A stretch of DNA of 64,000 nucleotides from positions 22,001 to 86,000 of the forward strand of contig JAPWUD010000004.1 of NCBI GenBank assembly GCA_028275705.1, in the 5' to 3' direction. Shown in pieces: positions 27,401 through 36,898 of this stretch. The position numbers were made by a program, and so were the translations under genes. Position 1 is the stretch's first letter; every line of letters starts with the position of its first letter. The notes under the pieces were generated by a model that searched no databases, was not told the origin of the DNA, and saw nothing but the letters and a program-made list of their open reading frames with translations. The stretch comes from Desulfurococcaceae archaeon (GTDB lineage: Archaea > Thermoproteota > Thermoprotei_A > Sulfolobales > Desulfurococcaceae).

Positions 27401-29992
27401 ATGCGGAGAGCTCTAGAAGTAGTAGTCTTAATTCTACTATTAACCCCAATCATTTTACTATCAATAGGGATCTCGCAGACTAGTGCTAGTGCAGGAGTAG
27501 AAGTAATTACTGGCCCTACTCCAATAATGGAGGGTGAAGCTAAAGGCCCGGGAGACGTTACATTAATGAATGAGTATTTAGCAGTAGCATTCGGTATTTC
27601 CACGACTCCACCGTGGGGTATTCCGCCAGGACATATTATAGATATAGCACCTGTTGGCGAGAAAACGCAGGATGTTGTTGCGCAATTCAGTTTTCCACTA
27701 AATGACTGGGGTAATTGGGCTAAAATAACGGAGTTTAGTATTGTTGAACGAGGGCCGTTAAGGGCTGTTGTGAAAGCTATTGGTTATTGGAAGGATCTAC
27801 GCGTGGAGTACACCTATATACTTGAGTCGGGTAAACCATATTTAGAGGTAGCAGTGAATGTAACTAACGTGGGTTCGACAACATACTCTAATTTAATAAT
27901 GGGGCCTGCAATAACTTTTGAGCGAGGATGGACATTTGTACCTGGTTTTGGAACAGGTAGACTTCCAACAATGCCTATTCTTGGAACCAGCATTATGGAT
28001 GACTGGGTTGCAGGATACCACGAAGACTACGCCATAGGACTCTATGCACCCAACTATACCCATATATCACTCCACACGTTCTTTGTGGATCCATTCTACA
28101 GCGTTACATTAAACCCAGGTGAGAGTAGGGTTTTCAAAGCATATATAGTGGTCTTGAATAAACCAGATACTTGTCGACTAGCAGAGATCATTTATGGGTT
28201 TAAGAATCTAAGCGTGGGATATGTCGAGGGTTTTGTATCGAATAATAAGGGTCAGAGGCTTGAAGGTGCTGGAGTAGTAGCCTATAGAGGCGATAAACCA
28301 TACTGTTGGAGTATAACAGAGGCTGGCGGAGCATATAGAATGCCTCTACCAGCACCTAATTCATATAATTTAACAGCCGTAGCTAAAGCCCATGGTCCAA
28401 GTAGTAGAGTAGGGGTTACTCTAGGCACTGGTGAAACAGCACATGCCGACTTCACTGATCTCACTGTGCCTGGTAAAATAACTGTAAATGTATTTAGAAA
28501 TGACACTGGAAAACCAGTTGATGCACAGATAATAATTAGTGGAGGATATGTACCACCCATTCAATACATGGCGGTTACTACAGCTTATACAGGCCTCTAC
28601 GATGTAGGCCACGCCGAGATCGAAATTGCTCCCGGCAGCTACAATGTAACAGTGAATTATGGCGTAGACTTCATTAGCCTACCAAAGACAATACCCATCT
28701 CGGTGGAGTCTGAGAAAACTGTGGGAGTTAATGTAACAGTGGATGTATTATTTAAGCCAGAGGAGTATGGCTGGTACTCAATCGACTTGCATCACCACTC
28801 TAATTACCTAGATGGAAAGACGCCACCAGACCTCCTAGTGGTGGCTCAATTAGCGGCAGCACTAGACTTTACATTTGTAAGTGACCATGACTATGTTGGA
28901 AACTGCCCTGTAATAAAAGAGTATTCTAGTTCTCGTGGAGTACCATTCATATGTGGAGTAGAGATCTCACCCGACTGGGCCCACTTTAATGTATACCCCG
29001 TCATATACCCGGATAAACTAGTATATCGAGGCACACTCAAAGAGATCATTGAGGGGGCGAAGAAAGCCGGGGCACTAGTCATTAGAGCAAATCACCCATA
29101 TATTGGGGGATTATTCATTGCACAAGAGTTAAACAATATACCGGGTGGTTATTACGAGGAGTGGGATGTAGCTGAGATAAATGGCCCTTGGGGCACGGAT
29201 GACAACAAAACACTCACAAAGATGTTTACACTGTGGAGTAGTGGCGTCCACAAATACCTAACGGCTGGAAGCGATGTACACGATGTATTAACCCAGACAT
29301 ATACTGGTAAACCAAGACTAGTTGCATATCTACCAAGCGGTCCAAGCACTGAGTCCTTAGCGGAAGCCGAGAAGTATGGACACTCATTCATATCCTATGG
29401 ACCACTTATATTTACTAATCCCCTACCAGGCTCGACAATGTTTGTAGGGGGCTTAGATGGGGAATTAAAGATCGCTTTAAAACTATTCTCAGTAAATGGA
29501 CTCGATAGACTGGAGGTTTATGGTAAGTATGGCAGGTTGATAGGGACTATTCCACTAAATAAATCACAAAGCTTAGATTTAGAGGTTAAGGTATTAGCGA
29601 GTGAAGCGACAAATGGAACTGAAAACGGCTTCATAGTGTTCATTGCCTACGATACAAAGGGTAATAGAGCCATTGTAAACCCCATTTGGATTGATATGTA
29701 TGGTGTGCCGAGAGAAGTTACTCATACAACAACAAGTACTGTTACCGAAACCTCAACGATCACGTCTACGTATACCGAGAAAGTTACTCAAACAACGACA
29801 ATAAAGGAGATCTCAACAGCAACGTATACAGAGACAAGTACTATTACCCAAACAACAACATTCACACACAGAGAGACCACTACCACTACTCAGACGAGTG
29901 AAGTAGTAAGATACGACACTACAATAGCTCTTGCATTAGTAACATTGATAATAGGGTTCACCGTAGGATTCACGGCCAGGAGGAAAAAGTAA
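27401..29992 (+). CDS. Exported PHP-domain metallohydrolase (CehA/McbA-like) with Thr-rich stalk and C-terminal TM anchor
   Basis: Signal/TM at the N-terminus, beta-sandwich-like regions, PHP motif DLHHHSNYLDG...FVSDHD, C-terminal TETSTIT-type Thr-rich repeats plus a TM helix and RRKK. Confidence 0.65.
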   Translation: MRRALEVVVLILLLTPIILLSIGISQTSASAGVEVITGPTPIMEGEAKGPGDVTLMNEYLAVAFGISTTPPWGIPPGHIIDIAPVGEKTQDVVAQFSFPLNDWGNWAKITEFSIVERGPLRAVVKAIGYWKDLRVEYTYILESGKPYLEVAVNVTNVGSTTYSNLIMGPAITFERGWTFVPGFGTGRLPTMPILGTSIMDDWVAGYHEDYAIGLYAPNYTHISLHTFFVDPFYSVTLNPGESRVFKAYIVVLNKPDTCRLAEIIYGFKNLSVGYVEGFVSNNKGQRLEGAGVVAYRGDKPYCWSITEAGGAYRMPLPAPNSYNLTAVAKAHGPSSRVGVTLGTGETAHADFTDLTVPGKITVNVFRNDTGKPVDAQIIISGGYVPPIQYMAVTTAYTGLYDVGHAEIEIAPGSYNVTVNYGVDFISLPKTIPISVESEKTVGVNVTVDVLFKPEEYGWYSIDLHHHSNYLDGKTPPDLLVVAQLAAALDFTFVSDHDYVGNCPVIKEYSSSRGVPFICGVEISPDWAHFNVYPVIYPDKLVYRGTLKEIIEGAKKAGALVIRANHPYIGGLFIAQELNNIPGGYYEEWDVAEINGPWGTDDNKTLTKMFTLWSSGVHKYLTAGSDVHDVLTQTYTGKPRLVAYLPSGPSTESLAEAEKYGHSFISYGPLIFTNPLPGSTMFVGGLDGELKIALKLFSVNGLDRLEVYGKYGRLIGTIPLNKSQSLDLEVKVLASEATNGTENGFIVFIAYDTKGNRAIVNPIWIDMYGVPREVTHTTTSTVTETSTITSTYTEKVTQTTTIKEISTATYTETSTITQTTTFTHRETTTTTQTSEVVRYDTTIALALVTLIIGFTVGFTARRKK

Positions 29993-30296
29993 AGAATATT
30001 TTTTATTTATTGTTCATCCATAATCTACTCCTCATGATCAAGTCTTTTTCTAGGTAGAACATTTATTCCATTTCCTCTTTACATAGGCTCCAACTTGGAT
30101 TAGTGAGAGCTACTCTTGGTATTTGCGTAGATAAGTGTTTCCCGCGACTTCACTACCGCTAATTAAAGATTACTCAATAACTCTATTCTCTCGAGACTTA
30201 CTTAGAGACATTTAATGGTCTTCTAGGAATGTGGAGTCTTGGCATCCATACATCGACTTCGATAATAACTCTACACGTCCTCCGTTCATGAGGATC

Positions 30297-31202
30297 CTAT
30301 ATTGCTAAGTTTAACTCTTCAACTATCCGCTTTACCTTCTCCTCGACTTCAGGTTTCTCGGGTGTTAGCGGTGGTCTTGGATAAGGGTTTATGGGTGCGT
30401 TTAATACTTTTAGTAGTGTCTTGACAGCTGTTGGAAACGAGGATGAGTAGTCGTAGACTCTTACTAGCTTTAAGAGCCTACGCCACAACTCGAAGGCTCT
30501 CTTATAGTCTCCCGCTATGTACGCGTCGTAGATAGATCTGTGTAGTTGCGGAGTGGCATTTGCGAGAGCCATTATTCCCCCATCGCCACCCATAGTAAGT
30601 ACTGGGAGTAACTGATCGTCTAGACCCGTTAACACTGCAAAGTCCGCTCTCTCAACTTTAACTACTTGTATTAACTGCCTTAGGTAGGTTAAGTTCTCGT
30701 ATGTTACTTTAGCACCTACAAGGTTGCTGTACTCTCGGGCAAGCTCAAGGTAGAGATCCACTGGAATATTCACCCCTGTGAGGGATGGGATATTGTAGAT
30801 AATGACCGGTAAGTCCACTCTCTCCAGTATAGTTGAGAAGTGTAGCTTCAACCTATCTCGCGATAGCTTAAAGAAGAATGGTGGTGTAGTTATAACTCCA
30901 TCAACACCCATATCTCTGAACAACCTCCCAAGGGTTACTGAGTCGTTGGTGTGATTAGCACTAATACCTGGTAAAACCCAGACTTTACCCCCAACCTCTT
31001 CGAGTACAATACGTGTGACTAAGATGGATTCATCTCTAGAGAGATGCACGAATTCCCCTGTAGTGCTATTTGGAAATATTCCGTGAACGCCTCTCTCAGC
31101 CTGGTATTTTGCAAGCCACTTAACTCCGTTAATATCTATTGAATAATCCTCATTAAAGGGAGTAATGAAGGGTGTAATAACGCCGTAAAACATGGTGGGC
31201 AT
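30297..31202 (-). CDS. DapA/N-acetylneuraminate lyase-family class I aldolase (possibly KD(P)G aldolase)
   Basis: 301 aa. N-terminal GVITPFITPF..., GIFPNSTTGEF motif, (beta/alpha)8 length. Confidence 0.75.
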   Translation of the reverse strand: MPTMFYGVITPFITPFNEDYSIDINGVKWLAKYQAERGVHGIFPNSTTGEFVHLSRDESILVTRIVLEEVGGKVWVLPGISANHTNDSVTLGRLFRDMGVDGVITTPPFFFKLSRDRLKLHFSTILERVDLPVIIYNIPSLTGVNIPVDLYLELAREYSNLVGAKVTYENLTYLRQLIQVVKVERADFAVLTGLDDQLLPVLTMGGDGGIMALANATPQLHRSIYDAYIAGDYKRAFELWRRLLKLVRVYDYSSSFPTAVKTLLKVLNAPINPYPRPPLTPEKPEVEEKVKRIVEELNLAI

Positions 31203-31364
31203 GTAAAATCACCATTTTACTATATTCATTGCAAGGCAACTATAAACCCTCTTATTGCGAGAGAATAGTGGAGTTCAGTAAAGCTATATTGTTAGAGCGG
31301 TAGAGATCACTATAGCGGTGTTTTACGGGACATGCGTGGATTTATAGAATTAGAGTGTTTTAGT

Positions 31365-31690
31365 GGGGTTTGGGTTTCATTGGGCTTGATATCAAGCGAT
31401 ATCAAGCCCTCTTCCCTTGGCTTCACTGCCCTCGGGATCCCTTTTCATTGGGATCCATGTCACTGGGCTCCACCCGCTCTGGGTGACCCCGACCCACAGC
31501 TCCCCCTTCATTGTTTCCTCTGGGTCATTGCTGTGGGGAAACCCCCGCATCTTGGATTCCTCCCTCAAAACCCGCCTCTCTTGGGTCTTCACGATACACC
31601 CGCATCTCGAGGCGTCCCCCAGTAGAGGAAACATAAACAACCCTTATAAACCTCTATGAAAACAAAACAGTTGCAAAGGCGTGAAGTGCC
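31365..31690 (+). repeat. G+C-rich structured repeat, full-length copy A (candidate ncRNA / SINE-MITE-like element)
   Basis: Aligns along ~300 bp with 48655-48975 and with the reverse complement of 35593-35775. Perfect 12-bp hairpin at 31382-31409, GGATCC...GGATCC hairpin, CACCC-GCTCT-GGGTG hairpin at 31471-31485. Confidence 0.7.
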
Positions 31691-31795
31691 CATATATGAG
31701 GGATTAATGAATTTGGGTGAGAGGTGCTGAGTGCACACGTGTAGGAGCTTAGGTAAAAGAGTTTGAGGGGAAAAAGAGTTGTGTCTTGTTTGGTA

Positions 31796-34000
31796 TTATT
31801 TCTTCCTAAAGATTAGAACTAGTATGGCGATAGCTAGGATCAATGCTGCGAGTGATGTTAGTGCTAATGATGTAGTTTCATATACTGTGGTTGTGACTGG
31901 TTGTGTTGTAGTTAGAGTGGTAGTTGCCTGGAGTGTGGTTGTAGTTGTTTGAGTTGTTGTTTGTGTTGTGGTGAGCGTTTGAGTTGTTGCCCTCTCTAGT
32001 GTTATCTCTACTCTCTCTGTGGCTGTTACTACGCTGACTTGTGTGTGGGTTATTGTTATGGGTTTAAATATTGGCAGTGGAGTGCCAATGGAGTTGAGCG
32101 GTGGATCTATACCTAGTAGAGCTGTTACTGTGGGTGCAATGCTTGTTGATTGAATTAAACCTAGCACACCATGGCCTATCCCCGCTCCAACCGCTCCGAA
32201 AACAGCCCATAGTTCTGGGTAGTATGGGAGATCCTGGTGGTTGGCTGTTATAGTTGATAACGGTGTGGCGTTTACGAATGGATTGCCTGTGGGGGAGAAG
32301 CCTCCATAGGGTGCGTAGCCGGGCTTCGTACTGATTATAATATCCCCGACTCTGTCGCCGAATAATCCAAGTGCTTTGGCCTCGCTCTTCTTCATGACGA
32401 CGCTGAATACCGGCTCTCCAGTGTCTGGGTCCCTAACGCTTGAGAGGACTGCCATTACTTGGTTGACAATGCTATCGTACTGAGAAGGATCTACTATGCC
32501 TCCTTGCTCTCTATCCTTGAGATTAATGAATACTTGGTTGTATCCATTATACCAAGCTATTGTTTCATTGAGTAGTATTTGGCCTCCACTCCTCTTGAGG
32601 AACCCCGCTTGCTCTAATATGTTGTTTACGTAGATTAGTTTAGCAACGGGCCATTGGCCATGGTCTGAAACAACTATTATCGCTGTATTACTAAGGTCAA
32701 CCTCGGAGATCAGCATTTGAACGAATTCATCAGCCCACTTAATTGCCTCCTGGATGTAAGCCATGTACTTTGGTGCTGTCGATGGATTATAGTAGGGCAT
32801 TCTAGGGTCTATTAATCCAAGGAATTGGTGGTATACGTTGTCTACTATGGACGTGTAGGTCATTAAGAGGTTCCAGTCTGTGTTCCTAATAAGCCACCTA
32901 GTAAACTCCATGAAGAACATGTTTGTGTAGTGAACAGTCTCCATGTATGTATCTTCATCAAACCACTTATTTGTTAAGCCATAGTAGTCACCGTCTGTTA
33001 TGAAGCCTGTTTTAACTACTACTTCATTCCACACTCTCCAAGCTAAGTTTCTATCACTAAACCATAATGGAGATGCTTCAAAGGGCCTTGTCAGAGACCT
33101 ATATACCTTGAAGTTTGAGAGAGATAGATTCAACGCCTTGAAGAGTGGTGCAATAATGTAAGTTGTCTTTTGGTAGGTTAAAGTAGTGTTTAAAGGCTTA
33201 CTCCACTCGCCCTCCTTGAGAACAGCTAGTGCATTTGAGAGGTTCTTTTCCCTTGGGACAATGGCCACGATGTCTGGGCTGGAATCACTATTTGTATCTG
33301 CGATGAAGAAGTACCATACTTCATCTCCGAAATTAAATGGCGCCTCCCAAGTATTGTAGAATGTATAGCCGGGTAGGCTTCCAGTCCAACCACTAGCAGG
33401 TGTTATATTTAGATAGTAGGCTCTAGGAATACTCTTATTGCTCGTGTAGAGTGTTGAGTATGTTGGTGAACCCATTGATGAATCATAGGGGTTGAAAACT
33501 ACTGATTGCTTCAACTTCCCCTCCCAAGCCCATGGGTCGCTCTGGGGGAAACTAGCTACTATAGCCTTAAGCCCCTGTCTATCTACTGTCACCCATAGTG
33601 GCTCAGCTAGCAGCATGGATCCATTGAACCCTGTTATGGTGGAAGTTAGTGGAGTTCCAGGGAGGTGTATAGCGTTCCCAGTAATCCCAGTAATACCTGG
33701 TGGAGCACCAGTTGATATTACAGCGTGACTTACAGCTGTGGATGATGGAAAACTAACAATCATACCCTGCGCTAAAAAGCCATTTTGAAATATATACTTG
33801 AATCCAGGTAGATCTAATGCTATTTGGCTCTGGTTCAACAATATACTCCACAACATATCCGCCTTCAACGCGTCTATACTTAATACAACAACCCGCTTAG
33901 CCAATCCACCAGTCTGGGCAAGTGCAGGCGTTAGTAGGATTGATAGAGACAGTGCGGTGAGTAGTAATATCGAGAAAATCTTTAAATTCACACACTTCAC
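31796..34000 (-). CDS. Exported nucleotide pyrophosphatase/phosphodiesterase (alkaline-phosphatase superfamily) with Thr-rich stalk and C-terminal TM anchor
   Basis: Signal peptide. NPP motifs VVVLSIDALKADML and SFPSSTAVSHAVISTGAPPGITGITGN, then VVSDHG. C-terminal TTQTTTQTTTTT stalk plus a TM helix. Confidence 0.7.
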   Translation of the reverse strand: MKCVNLKIFSILLLTALSLSILLTPALAQTGGLAKRVVVLSIDALKADMLWSILLNQSQIALDLPGFKYIFQNGFLAQGMIVSFPSSTAVSHAVISTGAPPGITGITGNAIHLPGTPLTSTITGFNGSMLLAEPLWVTVDRQGLKAIVASFPQSDPWAWEGKLKQSVVFNPYDSSMGSPTYSTLYTSNKSIPRAYYLNITPASGWTGSLPGYTFYNTWEAPFNFGDEVWYFFIADTNSDSSPDIVAIVPREKNLSNALAVLKEGEWSKPLNTTLTYQKTTYIIAPLFKALNLSLSNFKVYRSLTRPFEASPLWFSDRNLAWRVWNEVVVKTGFITDGDYYGLTNKWFDEDTYMETVHYTNMFFMEFTRWLIRNTDWNLLMTYTSIVDNVYHQFLGLIDPRMPYYNPSTAPKYMAYIQEAIKWADEFVQMLISEVDLSNTAIIVVSDHGQWPVAKLIYVNNILEQAGFLKRSGGQILLNETIAWYNGYNQVFINLKDREQGGIVDPSQYDSIVNQVMAVLSSVRDPDTGEPVFSVVMKKSEAKALGLFGDRVGDIIISTKPGYAPYGGFSPTGNPFVNATPLSTITANHQDLPYYPELWAVFGAVGAGIGHGVLGLIQSTSIAPTVTALLGIDPPLNSIGTPLPIFKPITITHTQVSVVTATERVEITLERATTQTLTTTQTTTQTTTTTLQATTTLTTTQPVTTTVYETTSLALTSLAALILAIAILVLIFRKK

Positions 34001-34063
34001 CCCGTATTCTATAAACTAAGCTCGAGTTTATAAGCTTTAAATTGATTCAACAGCAACTTCCAA

Positions 34064-34200
34064 CCTCCTTCCGCTTAAAAAGCGAGGCTTCAGCTATAAA
34101 GGAATGCCTCCGTGAAACTGCTTTGGTTTTCATATAGATGTTTAAGGGTTGATATTAACTCTCTTATTTGGAAGCGGAAGTGCTGGGGCCGAGGAAGGTT
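34064..34200 (-). repeat. Tail fragment of the G+C-rich repeat plus hairpin motif copy 3
   Basis: The reverse complement of ~34100-34160 (CAACCCTTAAACATCTATATGAAAACCAAAGCAGTTTCA) aligns with the copy A tail (CAACCCTTATAAACCTCTATGAAAACAAAACAGTTGCA). The hairpin motif is at 34064-34093. Confidence 0.45.
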
Positions 34201-34250
34201 TGCGAGAGACTTGGTATTAGCTATCGCCAAACTACTGGTAGAGAAGAAAA

Positions 34251-34379
34251 ATGAGACCAATAGACGTCGCTAAACTACTGAGGGTACCCGAAGAGACACG
34301 TTGCAAAATAATAGATGAATTGATGAACATGGGAATAATCAAGAGAACAGGGAGAGGAAAATATGAGTGGTGGCGATGA
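34251..34379 (+). CDS. Possible 42-aa helix-turn-helix mini-protein (not in the ORF track, below its size cut-off)
   Basis: ATG-initiated frame MRPIDVAKLLRVPEETRCKIIDELMNMGIIKRTGRGKYEWWR. The pattern is HTH/wing-like. No further support. Confidence 0.25.
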   Translation: MRPIDVAKLLRVPEETRCKIIDELMNMGIIKRTGRGKYEWWR

Positions 34380-34715
34380 AAGCGTCTATCAAAGAGCAAA
34401 TAATCGAGACAAAACACATGACGCTACTGCAACTTATGGATTTGTAAAAGAAAGAAAAGCGAGAACAATCCAAGACAAGCACATATCATAGAAATAGAGG
34501 ATGAATACACATTAATAGAAGAGGACAATACATGCAATCTATAAACTCTAGAATAAACGCAGATTTGTACAATGTACAATCAATAATAGACCCCCAAGGG
34601 TTCGTCCATCTGCTATGTCCATGTTTAGGCGAATACGCACTTTTGCAGAGCACTTCAGAATTTTATGCGAGGAAAATATTTAGGATATTTTTGTTTATGT
34701 TAAAAATGTGGGATA

Positions 34716-35369
34716 ATGAGTTCAAGCCTTAAGCTTGTGTCTTTAGTTCTAGTAATAGCAATACTTTCCTTAGTCTTAGCTACATCTGCGATGCTGGAAA
34801 AACCTGAAACCAACACCAAGTTTATTAATGAGCGGGGGATCTTTTACGACGAGCTTCCCTTAAACCTAAGAATGATTCCCAAACCGGAGATTTCCATTAA
34901 TAACCGAGCACCCGATTTTCTCATAATATCTAGTACGAGATATGAGGAGTTGCTTGCTGCGGGAAAGTTGGGCCCAGTAAAGAATGTTTGGTTTGCAAAA
35001 GAAGCCCCTCAAGGAGCATCCATTAAAGATGGATCTGAGATGTGGGTTGTAATAGAGCCGTTGGTTATTACAGTACCTATATCCATCAATGGCACTCTCA
35101 TTCCTAGAACTTTCGACAGCTATGGTCCATATAGTTCCTGCTTATATGTATATGTTCAAGTAACGTGGTCTCCTGTTGACCAAATACTTGGTATTGCTCT
35201 AGAAGATATTGACGCTGGAGAGGGATACGGGTATTGGTTTACTGAGGGTTCAGCGTCGGCAGGCTTCTCAACAGATTGGCAGAGAAGGTATAACATCCTC
35301 ATTTTAAGCTATGCAGGTAATACTAAAATCCTCAACTATAATGGAACAATAACCCTTTATATCTGGTGA
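34716..35369 (+). CDS. Exported hypothetical protein
   Basis: 217-aa ORF with an N-terminal hydrophobic signal/anchor (LVSLVLVIAILSLVLATSA). No recognisable motif. Confidence 0.55.
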   Translation: MSSSLKLVSLVLVIAILSLVLATSAMLEKPETNTKFINERGIFYDELPLNLRMIPKPEISINNRAPDFLIISSTRYEELLAAGKLGPVKNVWFAKEAPQGASIKDGSEMWVVIEPLVITVPISINGTLIPRTFDSYGPYSSCLYVYVQVTWSPVDQILGIALEDIDAGEGYGYWFTEGSASAGFSTDWQRRYNILILSYAGNTKILNYNGTITLYIW

Positions 35370-35592
35370 CTTTCTTTTTAACCCAGGGGCTTTGCCCCTT
35401 CCTTAAGCGACAAATAACGCAACGATTTAGACATAAGGAACATTATTAATACACACTACTTGAAAAACAGGCCTTGTCTTGCAAATTTCATGTTGCTTGC
35501 CGTCACGCAGCTCATAGTGCTCGCACGTCCCATCTGCTCTTATATTATGGCTTGGTAGGCATCAATAAACATATGCCTAAAACACTCCTAGA

Positions 35593-35775
35593 CGCGAGGA
35601 TTGCCCCACAGCGATGACCCAGAGGAGGTAGTGAAGGGTGAGCCGTGGGTTGGGTTATCCCGAGCGGGTGGAGTCCTATGACATGGATCCTGGTGAGAGA
35701 GATCCCGAGGGCTGTGAAGCCAAGGGAAGAGGGCTTAACACCAAGCAATATCAAGTCCAATGAAACCCAAACCCC
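35593..35775 (-). repeat. G+C-rich structured repeat, 3'-truncated copy B (inverted relative to copies A and C)
   Basis: The reverse complement starts GGGGTTTGGGTTTCATTGGACTTGAT and aligns with copies A and C for ~180 bp. The small hairpin is degraded. Confidence 0.6.
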
Positions 35776-35793
35776 AGTTGATTCTATTGGTTT

Positions 35794-36642
35794 TTATATT
35801 TTAAGGTTGGATATTACTATGCCTGTGCCAACTAGGATTGCCCCAGTGATCGTTTTGGCTGCTAACTTCTCTCTGGATATTGTCCTAGTTGTTATTTGAG
35901 AGAGTATGGGTGTTAGGGATTCTACTAATACTGTGTATGCAACGCCAATAGTTCCTATTGAATATGTGAGGAGTAGTGTCCCCAGGCCTAGTGAGAACGA
36001 GCCCACCAAGATCGAGGCTTTTACCATGTTAAGCCAAGTGTCTCTCGGCTTCTCAAATGCGACGCCAATTGGTGTTAATAAGAGGCTTACAACGAGCATT
36101 CTAGTCGCTGTTAGAGATGCAAAGTTATAATATTTAAGAGCTGGCTTTAAAAGAGATGTTCCAGCACCCCAGAGTATTGATGTTGCAGCAGCGGCAAGTA
36201 TACCCCTCACCCGTAGAGCCCTCTTCTCCAGGCTACCGAAGGGGTTTACACTCACAATTATCCCAGTGAACGCTAAGGCGAGCCCTATTAGAAGAGGTAG
36301 TTTTAGTTGCTCTCCGGAGAATATTGCTGAGAAAGCTGAAGCTGTGAAAATGTATGAGTAGCTTATGGTAACAGCTAGAGAACCCCCAATAAATTTAATT
36401 GACTGTGCATAGAGTGCGTCTCCAAGCCCTATTTCTAGAATAGCTGATGCAAGTACGTAGGGGAAGCCATCGCCAAATCCCGGTAAAGAGTGCATTATAG
36501 CAGTAGTAAAGGCGAAGGCGGCAAGGGCTTTGAGACCCGAGAACGTCAATGGTTTTATCGACTCTGAATACCTAGACACAATGGCAGGGTGGAGGCTCCA
36601 GGCAATACTAGCCCCAATAGCTGGCAATATTCGAGTATCCAT
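35794..36642 (-). CDS. EamA/DMT-family transporter
   Basis: 282-aa, ~10-TM protein with two-fold internal EamA-like organisation. Confidence 0.7.
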   Translation of the reverse strand: MDTRILPAIGASIAWSLHPAIVSRYSESIKPLTFSGLKALAAFAFTTAIMHSLPGFGDGFPYVLASAILEIGLGDALYAQSIKFIGGSLAVTISYSYIFTASAFSAIFSGEQLKLPLLIGLALAFTGIIVSVNPFGSLEKRALRVRGILAAAATSILWGAGTSLLKPALKYYNFASLTATRMLVVSLLLTPIGVAFEKPRDTWLNMVKASILVGSFSLGLGTLLLTYSIGTIGVAYTVLVESLTPILSQITTRTISREKLAAKTITGAILVGTGIVISNLKI

Positions 36643-36898
36643 TAGAGACGCCTTAATAATATTCTATAAATAGCTTATTAATAAGCCTCATAGAACACGG
36701 CGAATTTGCTCTAAACCCCTGAGACTTAAATAAGGACTAGTATTGTATTATCCTCTAGACCAGGTATAATGCAATGGAAGCATCCTCAAGTCAGATCGAT
36801 TGAAGTAGGAGTGCATTATCCTGAATTACACTGATTTCAAGTAGTTCATTGGCGAAATTATTAAACTTAACTCTACGCTGGGTAGATGCAGATAGTAG

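Noticed and set aside
31332-31659. Three overlapping 80-97-aa ORFs on both strands inside repeat copy A, with equivalents at 48639-48945 and 35545-35899
   Set aside because: The frames are not preserved between copies (indels shift them) and both strands are open because of G+C richness. Substitutions preserve hairpins rather than codons. They were treated as non-coding.
31365-31690. The idea that the repeat is a lysine-type riboswitch or leader, because copies precede a DapA-family gene and an amino-acid permease
   Set aside because: I did not recognise any L-box core motifs. The copies share high nucleotide identity even outside helices. One copy interrupts a gene and another lies at a gene 3' end. 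This pattern fits a dispersed repeat better than independently evolved riboswitches. The possible promoter or leader effect is kept as a separate finding.
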